A stretch of 63,953 nucleotides of DNA, counting the filler, from Nemertoderma westbladi (lineage: Eukaryota; Animalia; Xenacoelomorpha), in assembly GCA_032718475.1 (NCBI GenBank). It is 4 parts of 4 records of this genome, joined end to end, with 100 filler letters (N's around TTAATTAATTAA, not from the genome) between each part and the next. Parts side by side here need not be neighbours in the genome. Positions count along the whole stretch, not along the records: positions 1 to 22,738 come from JAUCBJ010003299.1; 3 more parts are not named here. The stretch is one strand, 5' to 3'. Below the pieces are notes generated by a model. It had not been told where the DNA came from. It saw only the letters and a list, made by a program, of their open reading frames with translations, and searched no databases. The translations under genes were made by a program, and so were the position numbers. Below, piece after piece: positions 1-12,560 of the stretch (positions within the stretch are counted from its first letter, which is position 1; the number at the start of each line of letters is the position of its first letter).

Positions 1-163
1 GATCCAAGTTGAAATTAAAATGTTAAATAACGAGATGCGGGAACTAAAGACTGGAAAAGTTTGAAGAAAGTATCGACTCGTTTGCATCTCAGCAGGAACT
101 AAAGAAGCGGAAGGGGAAATGTCTTCCTGGCCTGTTGTTTTATTACATATACTAAGTCGCTAG

Positions 164-505
164 GCGGGCACTAACGTCCTATGGGACATTAGTGCCCGCG
201 ATAATGCGACTAAGTGACCGCGGGCACTAAAGGTACTGAGACATTAGTGCCCGCGGGCACTAATGTCTCGCGGGCACTAACGTCCTATGGGACATTAGTG
301 CCCGCGATAATGCGACTAAGTGACCGCGGGCACTAAAGGTACTGAGACATTAGTGCCCGCGGGCACTAATGTCTCGCGGGCACTAACGTCCTATGGGACA
401 TTAGTGCCCGCGATAATGAGACTAAGTGACCGCGGGCACTAAAGGTACTGAGACATTAGTGCCCGCGGGAACTAATGTCTCGCGGGCACTAACGTCCCAA
501 GACCG
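164..505. repeat. 106-bp tandem repeat (about 3.2 units) built from inverted GCGGGCACTAA/TTAGTGCCCGC motifs; probably the end of a DNA transposon
   Basis: CGGGCACTAACGTCC recurs at 165, 271, 377 and 483 (period 106). Each unit holds several head-to-head and tail-to-tail copies of the 11-mer. Confidence 0.9.
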
Positions 506-3500
506 TAGAATAGTGATAGGGAGTGGGAATGTTTGTTAATATGAGGCATGTTTTCTCTGATCGTAATGGTTGTTATCAGGTTAAATGCGTAACCTCTATC
601 TCATATTGCTCTCGTCATTATTGGTTCATTTTGTATAAGTCAGTGCAGCAGTGGGATAGTTGGTCTGTTGCCTGTAGGGGTTGACAGTATTTGATATTGA
701 TGACTCATATTCTGAAGGACTAATAATGCTGCCCGCCGTGTGGGGAATGGAGGGGAGGCTAATCCTAAGGTCGGTTATGAGTGTTTCATTAATGGTGTAG
801 GAATGGGAGCATTGCGTGGTGGTTGGAAGGTCTGTAATTCGAGAGTCACTGGTGTTTGTTTATAGTCCATTAGCTGGAGTCATAAATCAACAGTTGACAT
901 GTTTATTCGTTTCAAAAAATTTCCCATAGATGTTCTTGGTTTGTTCTTTTCAAGTTGATGCTTGGTGAATATTCAATATAACAGGGTTTTAATTTTATCT
1001 CCATCAATATAATCGCCCTTTATCAATAAGATGATAGCAGTGGGGTATCTTTGGGTTGTTGATATCAATATAAATGTAATGAAAAGGCAGTGGTGGTGTG
1101 ACATTGATTTTTGATGTGGTATAGTCAATAGTGAGATGTCATGGTAATCTGTTAATTGGGAATAAGTGTTTAGATGGATTGTTTTGTTGGGTATTTAGTA
1201 GAGATATTGTCCGTTATCATTATAGGTATAGAACCTGTATTAAATAGTAATAGTATTTATATTTACATTTATAATATTACTAAGTAATCCAATTGTATTC
1301 TATTTTTCTGAAGTTGGGACGGTAGTTTGAGCGTTTTAGAGAAGAAAGTGAAAGATTTAGTTGGAAATTTGTTAGTTGGGTAGTGCGCTATGCTGTATCT
1401 TACCCATAGGAGCCCAGCCCAACACCTACAGGGGGTATTTAAGGAATACCCTACCCTGGGTTAGATGTCTCTAGTGTTGCCACTAAAAGTTGCGGAACCC
1501 TATACCGCAAGGAAATTAAAATCCCTGAAAGTAAAAAATTTGGTAAAATGGGATGAAAGGGCCTGAAAATATGTAAATTAATGCATCTGAAATATTTCTG
1601 AAAAATATACATGAAAAGGAAGTAAATATCAGCCATATTAATTGCCAATTTGTTCGTTAGTTTATATCATGCAAGATGAATTACAATCCCAGTATTTGTC
1701 AGATTTGTACAGTACCATTTACCTTAATTTTTAACATGCATGAGTATGTAAGAATATATGTATTGTATATATGTATTGACACTCGGCGAAATGATAGGTG
1801 AGCATTGCAATTAATTTAGTAAAAGTTTTGTACACTGTACAGTATTCCATGAAGTGAGATTATAACCGATATTCTCAGTAAATCATGCATTCGTCTTGCA
1901 AGCTTACCGTTTTAGTTGCATGATTCAACTTATCCTGTTTTTTTGTATTGGGTACAATCTTTCAGATCGTAGGTGTGGGTGGGTGTCGCGGTGTGGGGTA
2001 GGATAGTGGGTTGGTGTATGTTGATTTTATGTTCATTTTCGTCGGAGAGCGAGAGTGGGAGAGGTAATGAGTTGGGGCAGTTCCGCGGCAATAATAATAC
2101 TGCCCCTCATTAAAGAGACCCCCTTTACTGCTATCTGGGACGCGTTGTTCGACAGAGCCCCGTCATTAAAAACAGCCAGTACCGCTAGTCGGTCAGTCGA
2201 TAGGGTTGACTTGTTGACGAGAGGCTATTTACAGGCGCATCGGTCAACCATTACTGACCGCTATTGAATATTACATAATACAAATTCATCCACTCAACAT
2301 ATCTGCACACAAGCACTGTAGGGAGCTCTTTAATAATATTTATTAGGTAAGTTTAGGTAACCCCCCCCCCCCCCCGTCTTGCTTTAAAACTTATCAACCC
2401 TCCCGAATTCTCTATTGCAGGAATCAAGAAGTCTCACATTCCAGATCAACTTGTCAGAGCTTCAAAAAGAAGACCGTTTATCTGTCTATTTTAATTTTCC
2501 AGCCCTCCTTTATACTATCTGTAGGAACTCAACCTTTACCCAAATATGATGAAAGTGCACATTCTCAGGTCATTGCTACCGTAGAATTCAGGCACCGTGT
2601 AGTCTTATATGCTGCTTTAGGCATGCCTCTGATTACTGATTGGCAATAAATTTCAGTTTGAATTATATTGCCAGTGCAGAGACAAAATTGTGTTTGGGCT
2701 ATTGGACTAATGTAGAAATCGATTCTCAATTTAATTACATAAATGCAAACTTATACGCATCTTGTTAAATAAATTGGTTTAGAAATCAAGTAATTAAGAA
2801 GTTAATCATTTTTGATAAGAGTTTTCAATTTAGTTTTAGTTTTAGATTTTTTTAGATAGATATTATTACGAATTAAATATTACCATATTGTGAAATTCAA
2901 ATTGGCGTTTATCAATAATTTTAGATTTTTTATCTTCCCCCGGTGAATAAATTATCATTAATAATAATACCATACGTGTGCAGCAATCTCTAGAAAACCA
3001 CAAGATAACATTACGATTTTGTATTGTAATAATGGTTTGGCTAATTCTTCAGTATTGGAATGGTATTGATGTTGTATTATAATTATAGAAACTCTATGGA
3101 AATTCACATAACAGCACAAATGGCTATTTGGCAAAACTAACCTAATGCGTTCTATGTTGTGGGGCGAGCCATGTAGAGAGAGGCTGCTGCATTATACAGT
3201 TACATTATATTATACTCTTCGTTTCTGTTTGTTTGTCCACCTGTCTCTATTTCTTAAAATAATAAGACAAACATTTCGAGAACTGCTGGCAGATTGATGA
3301 GCCTTTTACATATTCATACAACGAAATATAGCGAAGGTTTTCACTTTCAGATTCAGATATTTCGCACTCTAGCGGCAGACAGGAGAAATGCAAACGTATC
3401 ACTAAGCTCGCTTATGGCTTGTCATATCGGCATACAGTATACTATATATAATACTATATCTATATATAATATACTACACAGTGCGCACCTTGAATAACCA

Positions 3501-3628
3501 TTGCAGTTTTTCTATGCAACTCCGGTTCTTTACTTAAACTATGTACACTAGTTTAGATTTCATTTTCCATTAGTTTAATATTTTTTTAATTTAATATTTG
3601 TGATTTGAACTACATGGTAACAAAGTAA

Positions 3629-5023
3629 ATGATGACGTCATTTTCAGCTAAGTTTTCTTCAGAAGAACTAAAACTACTATTTCGCAACAAACACGTTGTT
3701 ATTATAGGGGATTCCATTCTACGTACCGCGTACAAAGATATATTGTTAATGTTGTCGGAGGAGCGATTACTGACCACAGCGGAAGTGAAATTACGTGGCG
3801 ATGCGAGTTTCCTAGGTGACCGCCTGGTGGAAGGAGGTACGATGCATAACGGAACAACCTACAGAGAAGTTCGAGAATTCTCAACCGAGTTCTATCTCGT
3901 TAGATTTTTCTTTGTAACGCGTTGTTACAACGATTATATCCGCAAGGTCGTCCTCCAGTACCTCAAAGAGAACATCCAACCCGACATCGTAGTCATGGGG
4001 TCTACGTTGTGGGACCTCAACCGCTATGGCGCACCCAGACCATGTGTTGAGAACTTCGCAGAGAATTTGAGTAAACTGGTAGGCGTATTGCCTTCCGTTA
4101 TTCCGCCGTCCACTATGTTTATTTGGTGGAACGCTTTACCGGTGTCTTTAGACGCCCGGGGTGGTTTCTTAATAGACGAAGACAGAACTTCCCTCGAGTT
4201 GCTAAACAACAACATCCTAGATGCCAACCACCTCGCACAAATCATCCAAAACCAGTCACAAATCAAGAACAGAAACTATTTTGACGCATACCGTAGTATG
4301 TCTGGTCTTTCCATAGAGTACAAGGCTAAGGATGGCATTCATTGGCATCCGCTGGCTCAACGGTTTATGACAAACTTGCTGCTGACTCACATATGCGTCA
4401 CTGCTGGACTGACGCTGCCCACTGCTATAGAGTTCCCTATACAAAGCTTTGGTCCACCGTCGAATGCCAAGAACAAAGGTAAACCGGCTAATATTGAAGC
4501 TGACCCAACTAATACTCGACCTAGTGAAGTTCTCATGGTTGTTGGTGATGAAAGCTTCGTTAATGTCCGTAGTAAATGCGGGGTGGACATTATGGCCATA
4601 GCGAAACGATTTGGTTCAGCTGTCAAACGGAATATTAAGAAACGCAAACGAACCACTAAGAGACTCTCTATCCCAAATCAACGTAAAACAACTTACAAAC
4701 CACATGTTTCCGGCACTCCTGTTCTTTTATCGCACTCTAACATACCTAAACCTAACGCCACTATTCCAGTGCCTCATTCTCACTTCCATATACCTAGCCA
4801 AGTTGCGCAACCTAACTTTCAATTACCAACTGAATATTCAGTACCCCATTCTCACTTCCTTATACCTAGCCAAGTTGCGCAACCTCACTTTCAATCACGC
4901 ACTCCCAACGCTAAGGCCGCAACGCTTAGCATTACGCATCTACAACGAGAGAAACTTTCCGGTAACTTTTTTATAGTTACTTCCCCTTACTGCGTTGTTG
5001 GTACGCCCTTCGAAGACATATAA
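3629..5023 (+). CDS. PC-esterase domain protein (PCED1A/FAM113-like, SGNH hydrolase fold), single-exon CDS, 464 aa
   Basis: N-terminus has VVIIGDSILRTAYKD (GDS nucleophile motif), REVREF, LVRFFFVTR, PDIVVMGSTLWDLNRYG and DGIHW (DxxH catalytic motif), as in the FAM113/PCED1 family. The C-terminal tail is basic and Pro/His-rich. Confidence 0.8.
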   Translation: MMTSFSAKFSSEELKLLFRNKHVVIIGDSILRTAYKDILLMLSEERLLTTAEVKLRGDASFLGDRLVEGGTMHNGTTYREVREFSTEFYLVRFFFVTRCYNDYIRKVVLQYLKENIQPDIVVMGSTLWDLNRYGAPRPCVENFAENLSKLVGVLPSVIPPSTMFIWWNALPVSLDARGGFLIDEDRTSLELLNNNILDANHLAQIIQNQSQIKNRNYFDAYRSMSGLSIEYKAKDGIHWHPLAQRFMTNLLLTHICVTAGLTLPTAIEFPIQSFGPPSNAKNKGKPANIEADPTNTRPSEVLMVVGDESFVNVRSKCGVDIMAIAKRFGSAVKRNIKKRKRTTKRLSIPNQRKTTYKPHVSGTPVLLSHSNIPKPNATIPVPHSHFHIPSQVAQPNFQLPTEYSVPHSHFLIPSQVAQPHFQSRTPNAKAATLSITHLQREKLSGNFFIVTSPYCVVGTPFEDI

Positions 5024-5526
5024 ATGTTGCTAGGAAACTGGATTATATTTATTATCTTCGAATACTGCAATATGGTTGATTCATTGCTTTCTAGAAACTT
5101 ATTTATACTCTAAAATAATATTGACTGTACAAAATGTTCTAGTATTCCATAGCTGATATGCATGCTGAAAGACGGTATAGTAGGTATGCAACAGAACTCT
5201 GGGCCAATTTTCTGGCTCCTGCTCTGGTTCCGGCTCTGGGAAAATTAATCCGGAGCCAATCCGGAGCTTATCTTTTTGAAGTTCGAATTAAAATAATAAG
5301 TTTTATTTGAAAAAGGCTCTTTTTCTCACTAATATTTTTAAAATTAAGTTAATTAATCTAACTTATTTTCACTAATTCCCAGAAAATTAGTTTAAAAAAA
5401 GTATTTTTACCCTGATTGATACCCTGGTGTTTTATATTCTCTGCATCTAACACTTGAGGAATTGGGAGATTTAGATTACGACACGCTATATGTTTGTCAT
5501 TAATCACTTCTGTTTTTTTTTTGCTA

Positions 5527-7152
5527 CTACTAGGATCGGCATGCTGCATTGCAGCTGCATTTTTAAGAATGCTGTGCCGGCTTGTCAACAAAATTGCACC
5601 GCCACAACTCCCTATCACCCATGACATTTGCTAGATCATCCGCATCTTTAAGGCCAGTGTCCTTTAAGATGCGTCTCAAGAAAGTCATGGGCTGTCCACC
5701 ATGCTTATTCACTCCATGAGGCTGCCAAAGTACAAGATTATGCACTGGCTGGTCCTCACGGCGAAAGCAATGTCCTGCAAAGCGGAGGCGATTTTGTTCT
5801 AGTGTCAAGCTTGGGGGAACCAATGAGACACCTCCAATGTTATATAGTGTCTGGTTGGAGATGTGTGCATTGTACTTGACACAATGTACCCGGCGTAGCA
5901 TTCTTGTGAATGTGCCATCCAGAGATTTGGTGTCCTCAGCAGTTAGAGCCCAGCATGGACTCCCGTAGAGGAGTACTGGAACTACTGCTGCTCTAAATAA
6001 TCGGACGTTAAGTTTCCGATTAATTCTAGGTGACTTCCAAATCCTGGAAAGCCTATTCAAGGCTGCCCATGCCTTTCCCTTACGTATTCGAAGGTCCTCA
6101 CCTGACTTCCGGATCCATGATCCCAGGTAATAGAAGTCGTCCACATGCTCAAGCATACCATCCTTTGAGCTTATGCTCATCCGATCAGAGACTTGCTGAG
6201 GACTTTCAAAGTTAACTGTCAGAATTTTGGTCTTTCTGGAGTTAATAAAAAGACCAACACTAGAAGCAGCATATTCTAATGAGCTGAGGAGCCGCTGGGC
6301 TCCCTCTAATGATTCTGAGAGTACTCCTAAGTCATCAGCAAAGTCTAGATCAGTTAGGTACTTGGCAGGATTTCCTCGACTTCTGGAGCCAGTAGGTGGA
6401 GTTATCATCACCCCATCATCATTATGATGATCTAAGGACATGCGTAGAACATAGTCAACCACAATAATGAACAAGAATGGTGCAAGTGTGTCTCCTTGGA
6501 GGACGCCCCATAACACTTCAAATGGTTCTGTGTCACCGTCAACAGTAGACACAAATGTTGTCGAACCATCGTATACTGATCTGATTGCTGCAATAATTTC
6601 ATCAGGAATCCCATATAATGAAAGTATGCTGAACATACGTGAGCGAGAGACTGAATCAAAGGCCTTGAAGAAGTCAACAAAGATAACAGCCAGATGCCTG
6701 TCTTTCTTTTTTGATAACTCTTCAATTATCCTTCTAAGTGCCAAAATGGGCTCCATGGTCCCACGACCTTTACGGAACCCATTCTGATTTCCACGTAGCA
6801 CTCTCTCAATAGGATCCCTGATGCGATTTAATAGAATTCTATTGTATAGTTTTGCAGCAATCGAGATCAATGAGATTCCCCGAAAAGAACCATAGAGTGT
6901 TAGGTTGCCCTTCTTGGGAACTGGCACCAACTTATTTGTTTTCATTTCTTGTGGGACTCTTGTTGTACGGTACATGTCTACTATGATGGGATAGATGAGC
7001 TTTAAACACTCAGGTATTTTAAAGACCTCAGGGGGAACACCATCTACTCCACTGGCACGATTGGTCTTAATGCTCTTTGCAGCAGCCTTCACTTCTGCAA
7101 AGGAGATATCGCCAATGGGAATATCTGGGAGTACAGATTCAGACACTTTTAC
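5527..7152 (-). mobile_element. 5'-truncated RTE-clade non-LTR retrotransposon (family 1) with an open RT ORF at 5563-7146
   Basis: RT motifs PKKGNL, FRGISL, NQNGFRKGR, FVDFFKAFDSV, GVLQGDTLAPFLF and LDFADD. (TAG)n 3' tail on the minus strand. 13-bp TSD T9GCTA at 5514-5526 and 7153-7165. No endonuclease domain. Confidence 0.92.
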
Positions 7153-7739
7153 TTTTTTTTTGCTAATAACTACGTTAAGTTGTAATAAGCTAACCTCTAG
7201 AAGGCATCCATAATTTGGTGTTTTGAACCCTCACAGATAGAAGTACTTTTACCAACCGTATATACAATGACTCCATAGATTTTATATTATAAGACATCCA
7301 TGACTCAACCATATAAAATGGAGGACAATAGGCAGCCTTCGAAAACACGTTTTTTGTAGATAGATAGATAGGTGCGTTTTTTATTGACAATTACTGACTA
7401 CTGTATACAGTAAACCGTATACAGTATACAGTAATAATGACATGTAATGTATGTACATTAATGGAATGTCACTGTTTTTACAACAAAATATCCTAAATTT
7501 ATTTACAGAGTCGCTGCATGCTTTTTCATGTAGCTTAAGTGTACTTAAGACAATCAACCCGGTGTAGCAGTCTTATGTTATCCAGAGCGGATTAGATTGT
7601 ATTGGTCCTGTACAATAGTACAGCCCGATTCAATGCTGCACGCAGGTCTTCCTTTATCTATACTCTTTTCTGCATAGTTCTGATGCATTTTAAAGATCTC
7701 TGAGGGGACACCATCTTTTCAACAATTATTATTTTAATT

Positions 7740-8180
7740 TTTTCTGATTCTATTATCCAAGGCCGCTGCAAAGGAGCATTTAAGATGATGAATCGTGCCA
7801 ATGGAGTAGATGGTGTTCCCCCCTGAGGACTTTAAAATACAAAAGTGTTTGGAACTCATACATGTATAGGACAAAGACATGCAGGACAAATAGAGCCACA
7901 GAAGTAATGAAAACTAATAAGTTGGTGCCAGTTTCCAAGAAGGGCAATCAATGGGTTCCTTTAAGGTAGTGGTACAATGGAGCTGGTTTTGGCGCTTAGA
8001 AAATTATTCAATATTTACAGTATCAAATAAGAAAGGCTGAAGTCTTTGTTATATAATTAAGGCCTTCGATTCAGTCTCCCGACTACGTATGTTCAGCATG
8101 CTTGAGCATGTGGGATTCCTGGTAAAATTATTGCAGCTATCAGATCACTTGAGGATGGTTCGACGACATTTGTGATTACG
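7740..8180 (+). pseudogene. Degenerate internal fragment of RTE family 1, opposite orientation
   Basis: AATCGTGCCAATGGAGTAGATGGTGTTCCCCCTGAGG and AAGTTGGTGCCAGTTTCCAAGAAGGGCAA match the reverse complement of about 6550-7100, with indels. Confidence 0.8.
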
Positions 8181-8469
8181 CCTTTGAGCACAATACAATA
8201 AATGAGTTAGTTAACGTTCGCCCTTGTGGTTGCTACAGTATTACATTCATTTCAGACATATTCATTTTACTATAAGCAACAAGCAATCCGGAAAAACACA
8301 TTATTAATAACGTAAACTCGCGTTAATCTGTCCGGTACTGGCTGACTTGTGTAACGCAGGGCCGCCTTAACATTTGATGGGCCCCTAGGCTAATATTGTA
8401 ACCGGGCCCCACAACCCCCCCCCCCCCCCCCCCATATTTGAATGGGTTTGGAATTATATATTGGATGTA

Positions 8470-8570
8470 TTATATATTATTAAATAGAATATAATTATAT
8501 ATTATTAAATAGAATATAATTATATATTATTAAATAGAATATAATTATATATTATTAAATATATATAATT
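8470..8570. repeat. 25-bp AT-rich minisatellite, about 4 units
   Basis: TATATATTATTAAATAGAATATAAT repeated in tandem. Confidence 0.9.
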
Positions 8571-9532
8571 TTTTTCTACACTTAATTTGTGCAAATTTAT
8601 AAATTAGTTTTGTTAGATCAATTTCCACCCAGTGGGGTAGCCAGGATTCTGGGAAGTGTGGGGGGGGGGGGGGGGATGAAGGATATGAAGGATGCAAGCC
8701 CGAGAAAGGAAATTCGCAAGCGAAGCGAGCGAAAATTGTTTCGAGTTTTTTAACGATACATACGGTACGTATTTATAAAAAAAAATATACAGTATGTGCA
8801 ATTTGAAGGAACCAGGAGAAAGAAATAAATAAATTGAAAAAATTGAAATAAATTGAAATTGAGGATTGAAATAAATTACGTCACGGTCAATATAATGGGG
8901 AGGAGAAGGTTCAGTGAGTTTGTGACCAATCCTGTGAGTAGTGCAGATAGTGGTGCACTTTGATTTCATGTGAAAAATATAATCTTTAGCGCAAATTGAC
9001 CACAAGTGAAATAAAGTTAATTTATTGTTTTGGTTAGAAAATGTCGACACAGTAACCTGCTCCTTGCTCTTAGTGATTTTAATAAATTTAATAAAGTTTT
9101 TAAACTACTACCCTACTGCTGTTCGTACGTAGCTCTGGTGCTGACGTGTATCTAGATGGCTGAGAAAATGAATACAACATACAGTAGTTCATTGTGACCT
9201 GTTGCTGGAAATCTCTTAACTTATGTTGGAGGTTAACTTGGAAGTTGCCTGTTCACATTAGACAATCATAGTGTGGAGTATTTTCTTGTTCCAGTTACAA
9301 CTGTGAAGTGTTATTCCCCCAGTATAAGTCACATACATCCTTAGCCTGGCTGTGTGGGTTTGATTGTGGGTCTGGGTATTATAATAAATTGTTTAAACTG
9401 TTTTATATGTTTGCTTAATTCACCTTAATATGGAAAGAGTAAGGTCTAATATAATTTATTGAATGGGATAATTTTTTTAATGAGAGAATGGGAGAATCTA
9501 ATTTATTTACATTTTGGAAGGTAATACAGTAA

Positions 9533-9930
9533 TAAACTCGGAGCCCCTGAAGGGACATTTGGTAAAATATTTCGCACAACGAGGGACAAAGAGGACAGCG
9601 GGGGGGTTAAAGTAACTCATGAACAAAGGTTAGCACAGCAATCAAACTAACTGAGGTCCAGTACAAAGGTTAGTGTATAACGGTTAAACGAACGAGTGTG
9701 AAAAACGAATGTTAGGACATAAAAACCACTTTAGTTTCAGAAAATTTCAAATATTGCTTCTGCTTTTATATTTTCATTTTTTTATTTCAAGTGGAAAATA
9801 TTTTTCACTTAATCTGGGAAATTCGCGTTCAACATTTACCAGACAGGCGGACGGATAGACAGACAGACGGGACGGATAGACAGACATACAGACGGACATT
9901 CACCGCCATTTGCCCTTTCATCAGGAGAGC
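9533..9930. mobile_element. Probable DINE-1/HINE-like non-autonomous Helentron derivative
   Basis: (GACA/GACG)n microsatellite at 9841-9898, the complement of the GTCY tract typical of DINE-1-like elements. Boundaries are approximate. Confidence 0.4.
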
Positions 9931-10088
9931 CAGTTACCACAGCCAGAGCAGAGGGAACGGACGGTGGAGATACCGAAAATACTCTCCTTTGATTGGGACC
10001 TCCTTTGAACCGTCTTCCAGCATAATCTACCAGCAAACGGGCCATAATGAACTATGTTGTATAATTTTTCTGAGCCATATATCTAGAC

Positions 10089-10220
10089 CATGGACTTCTA
10101 GAATATTAATTCATACCAATGCAATAGCTACTTTATAAATAATATTCTAGAAGTCCATGTCTAAAGACCAAGGACTACTGACTGAAGGCTTCAGTAGTCC
10201 CATGGCCTAGGTAGTCCTTG
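10089..10220. mobile_element. Two adjacent ultra-short TIR elements (71 bp and 52 bp) with P-superfamily-like ends
   Basis: CATGGACTTCTAGAATATT...AATATTCTAGAAGTCCATG at 10089-10159. CAAGGACTAC...GTAGTCCTTG at 10169-10220, flanked by CTAAAGAC/CTAGAGAC (7/8 match, TSD-like). Confidence 0.55.
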
Positions 10221-11497
10221 CTAGAGACATGCAGTGCATATGCTGTACAGTACGTGCGTCACGCCCTGCAGTAGATAGGCTTATACACATGCTTATACCC
10301 AGATATCTGTATATTGCATCAGTGCATAGCAGCAGGCAGCAGGCTAGCCTTAGAGTCTTAGCGTACCCTGCCTCCTGTTCCTGCCTACAACAATCAAGAA
10401 AATCTATCAGACCCTTACCGGTTTTCCATATAGGCCTACTATTTATCAATTACAGAATTAGTGCTGCAGTGTATTTTGGACAGACCAATCACGGGCGAGT
10501 TGCGTCACATAGCATGTCCACCCTTTTCAGCTTTGTTTTCTATCTTTTTCAAATTTGAAAAAGGTGGACAGGGTTGAGAAAGAACAGGCAATAAATTGAC
10601 CAATTAGATTTATCTGCACATTAGGCTATAGCGCAGCTCTGTCAACGTTTTTCAAAAATTTTCAAATGTTTTTATGGATAATTGTTATTATTATCCCACA
10701 CTGCCATACTTATTGTTACCAACCGAAGTTGTCCATACAGCCGCCATAAGTAGTTCAATAATCTGATAATATGGGGCTAGCCACTAAGTCTGTGAGCTGA
10801 GCTGCTGAGCTTTTAGCCAGTTAGCATCAATATTTGAACGCTAATATTCTAACACATTATAACGTTAATTAATAACTACTGTATCTATTGTACGGTAAAT
10901 ATAATATGCTTTGTTTACCGTTCGTCCCGAGATTTGATATTAAACGACCGAGCGCAGCGATGGTATTTAAATAAGTCAGATCGAGGCGCGAAAAGGTAAA
11001 TAAAGGTTTTTATTTGTTGTACAATAGGCCCTCTATGTAGTTTTATTGTCACAATCATGCTTATTATTATTATAATTACTGTATTAAAATAATCAATTAA
11101 TTAATTAATAATTTTGTCAATATTGCACCGCAGATATTCGTCGCCTTATAGTGATTTGTTCGTACCAATGGCAAGCTGTCGTTGCAACGATTCTAAATAT
11201 GTAAATCTAACTACAGTATTAGTTTCGTTGAGAAATAGCCGAGATATTGTCGTTCAAAAATGGCAGGTACTGTATTTGCTTCCGCTGCTAGCTTCAGGCC
11301 ATTTAATCTATTTCATACATACACACAATCTGTAGACATTATTATTTAGGTCCTATTTATTTGTTTGACGACTATCAATTAATAGTTTGATGTCAAGTTA
11401 ATATTGCGTAGCTACTCATTATATAAACAAAATATTCCAGAATATTATTTATTACAATACAGTATAGGCAGTACCGGTATACAGTTGACTAATTGAA

Positions 11498-11615
11498 GAC
11501 CATGGCTTTCTTGAGACGCCTCTTAAAAGACGCTGGCCTTGAAGTTGCGGATAATCTCGCGAAAGTCATGGGTAGTTGTTGACAGCCCGGCATAGTATTC
11601 ATAATGCAGCTGCTT
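11498..11615 (+). pseudogene. Short 3' fragment of RTE family 1
   Basis: CCATGGCTTTCTTGAGACGCCTCTTAAAAGACGCTGGCCTTGAAG matches the reverse complement of about 5645-5690. Confidence 0.7.
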
Positions 11616-12560
11616 CCAGCATGCCGATTATAGATAGATAATTGAAGATGAAGAGTAATAATCCCCATTTACCCGGGTAAATAATGCAAATCTTATTTAC
11701 CGCTCGCCCATAAGCCTGTCCCTGCGATACAGTGAAACTCAGTGGCGGAGATCTGTATTTGGGAGTGGGGGGGACATAAAGAGAATGAACCCCATGTCCA
11801 ATCCAATCTCTTTCAAAAAGGCCGGGGGGCACTTCATCGGCGAAAAGGGCCTATTTCCCAAAAAGGATATTTCTTTGGTGTTATTGAGTTCTAATTGGGT
11901 GAATCGGTTTAATTAATAGTTGAATCCAATGCAATGCTATCGAGCAATTTTTGCTAAAGTTTAGCTGGGGTTATTTCACAAACAGATTAACAAAAATGCC
12001 CCAAAAGTGCCGTTTTGGGGCCTTTTCGCTATAAAATGGCCCCAAGAGATTTTTAGTCAATATTGCTCGGCCTTAGAGACAAGCATATTTTGAAGCTCTG
12101 GTACACATTTCCACTGATTTCATTACGATTTGTTCGAGAAATAGACTTTTTGTGAAAGATATACATTCTCTGAGATTAGGGCCTAATGGGTTTAAAGTTT
12201 AAGGAAAAATGCAAACTTTACAGCTATTTTAATACCATCTTTCTATGTTCGTCAATAACTTCGTCAAAAATGATTGAAATTCAACGAAATGTTTTATCAT
12301 AAATATATAACATAAAAAATAGAGCTAAAAATATAACATATAAAACAATCATTTAACAATTATTTTATTCATATCAGTTCCTTGGGGTTGCGTTGGAAGC
12401 CGTAGGAAGGGGTAGGTGCCACACTGCTCCATAGCGCGGGAAATTCAAATGATTGAAAGACATGTAATTTGTATTGGAAAGGGTGGCAGATCAGATCTGC
12501 TACCAATATTTTGGCGGTAGATTCAAATCTGTTTTAACATTGAATACATGAATAAAGTAA

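Noticed and set aside
3629-7146. Esterase plus RT as one element or a retron-like system
   Set aside because: They are on opposite strands, and the RTE has its own TSDs that exclude the esterase.
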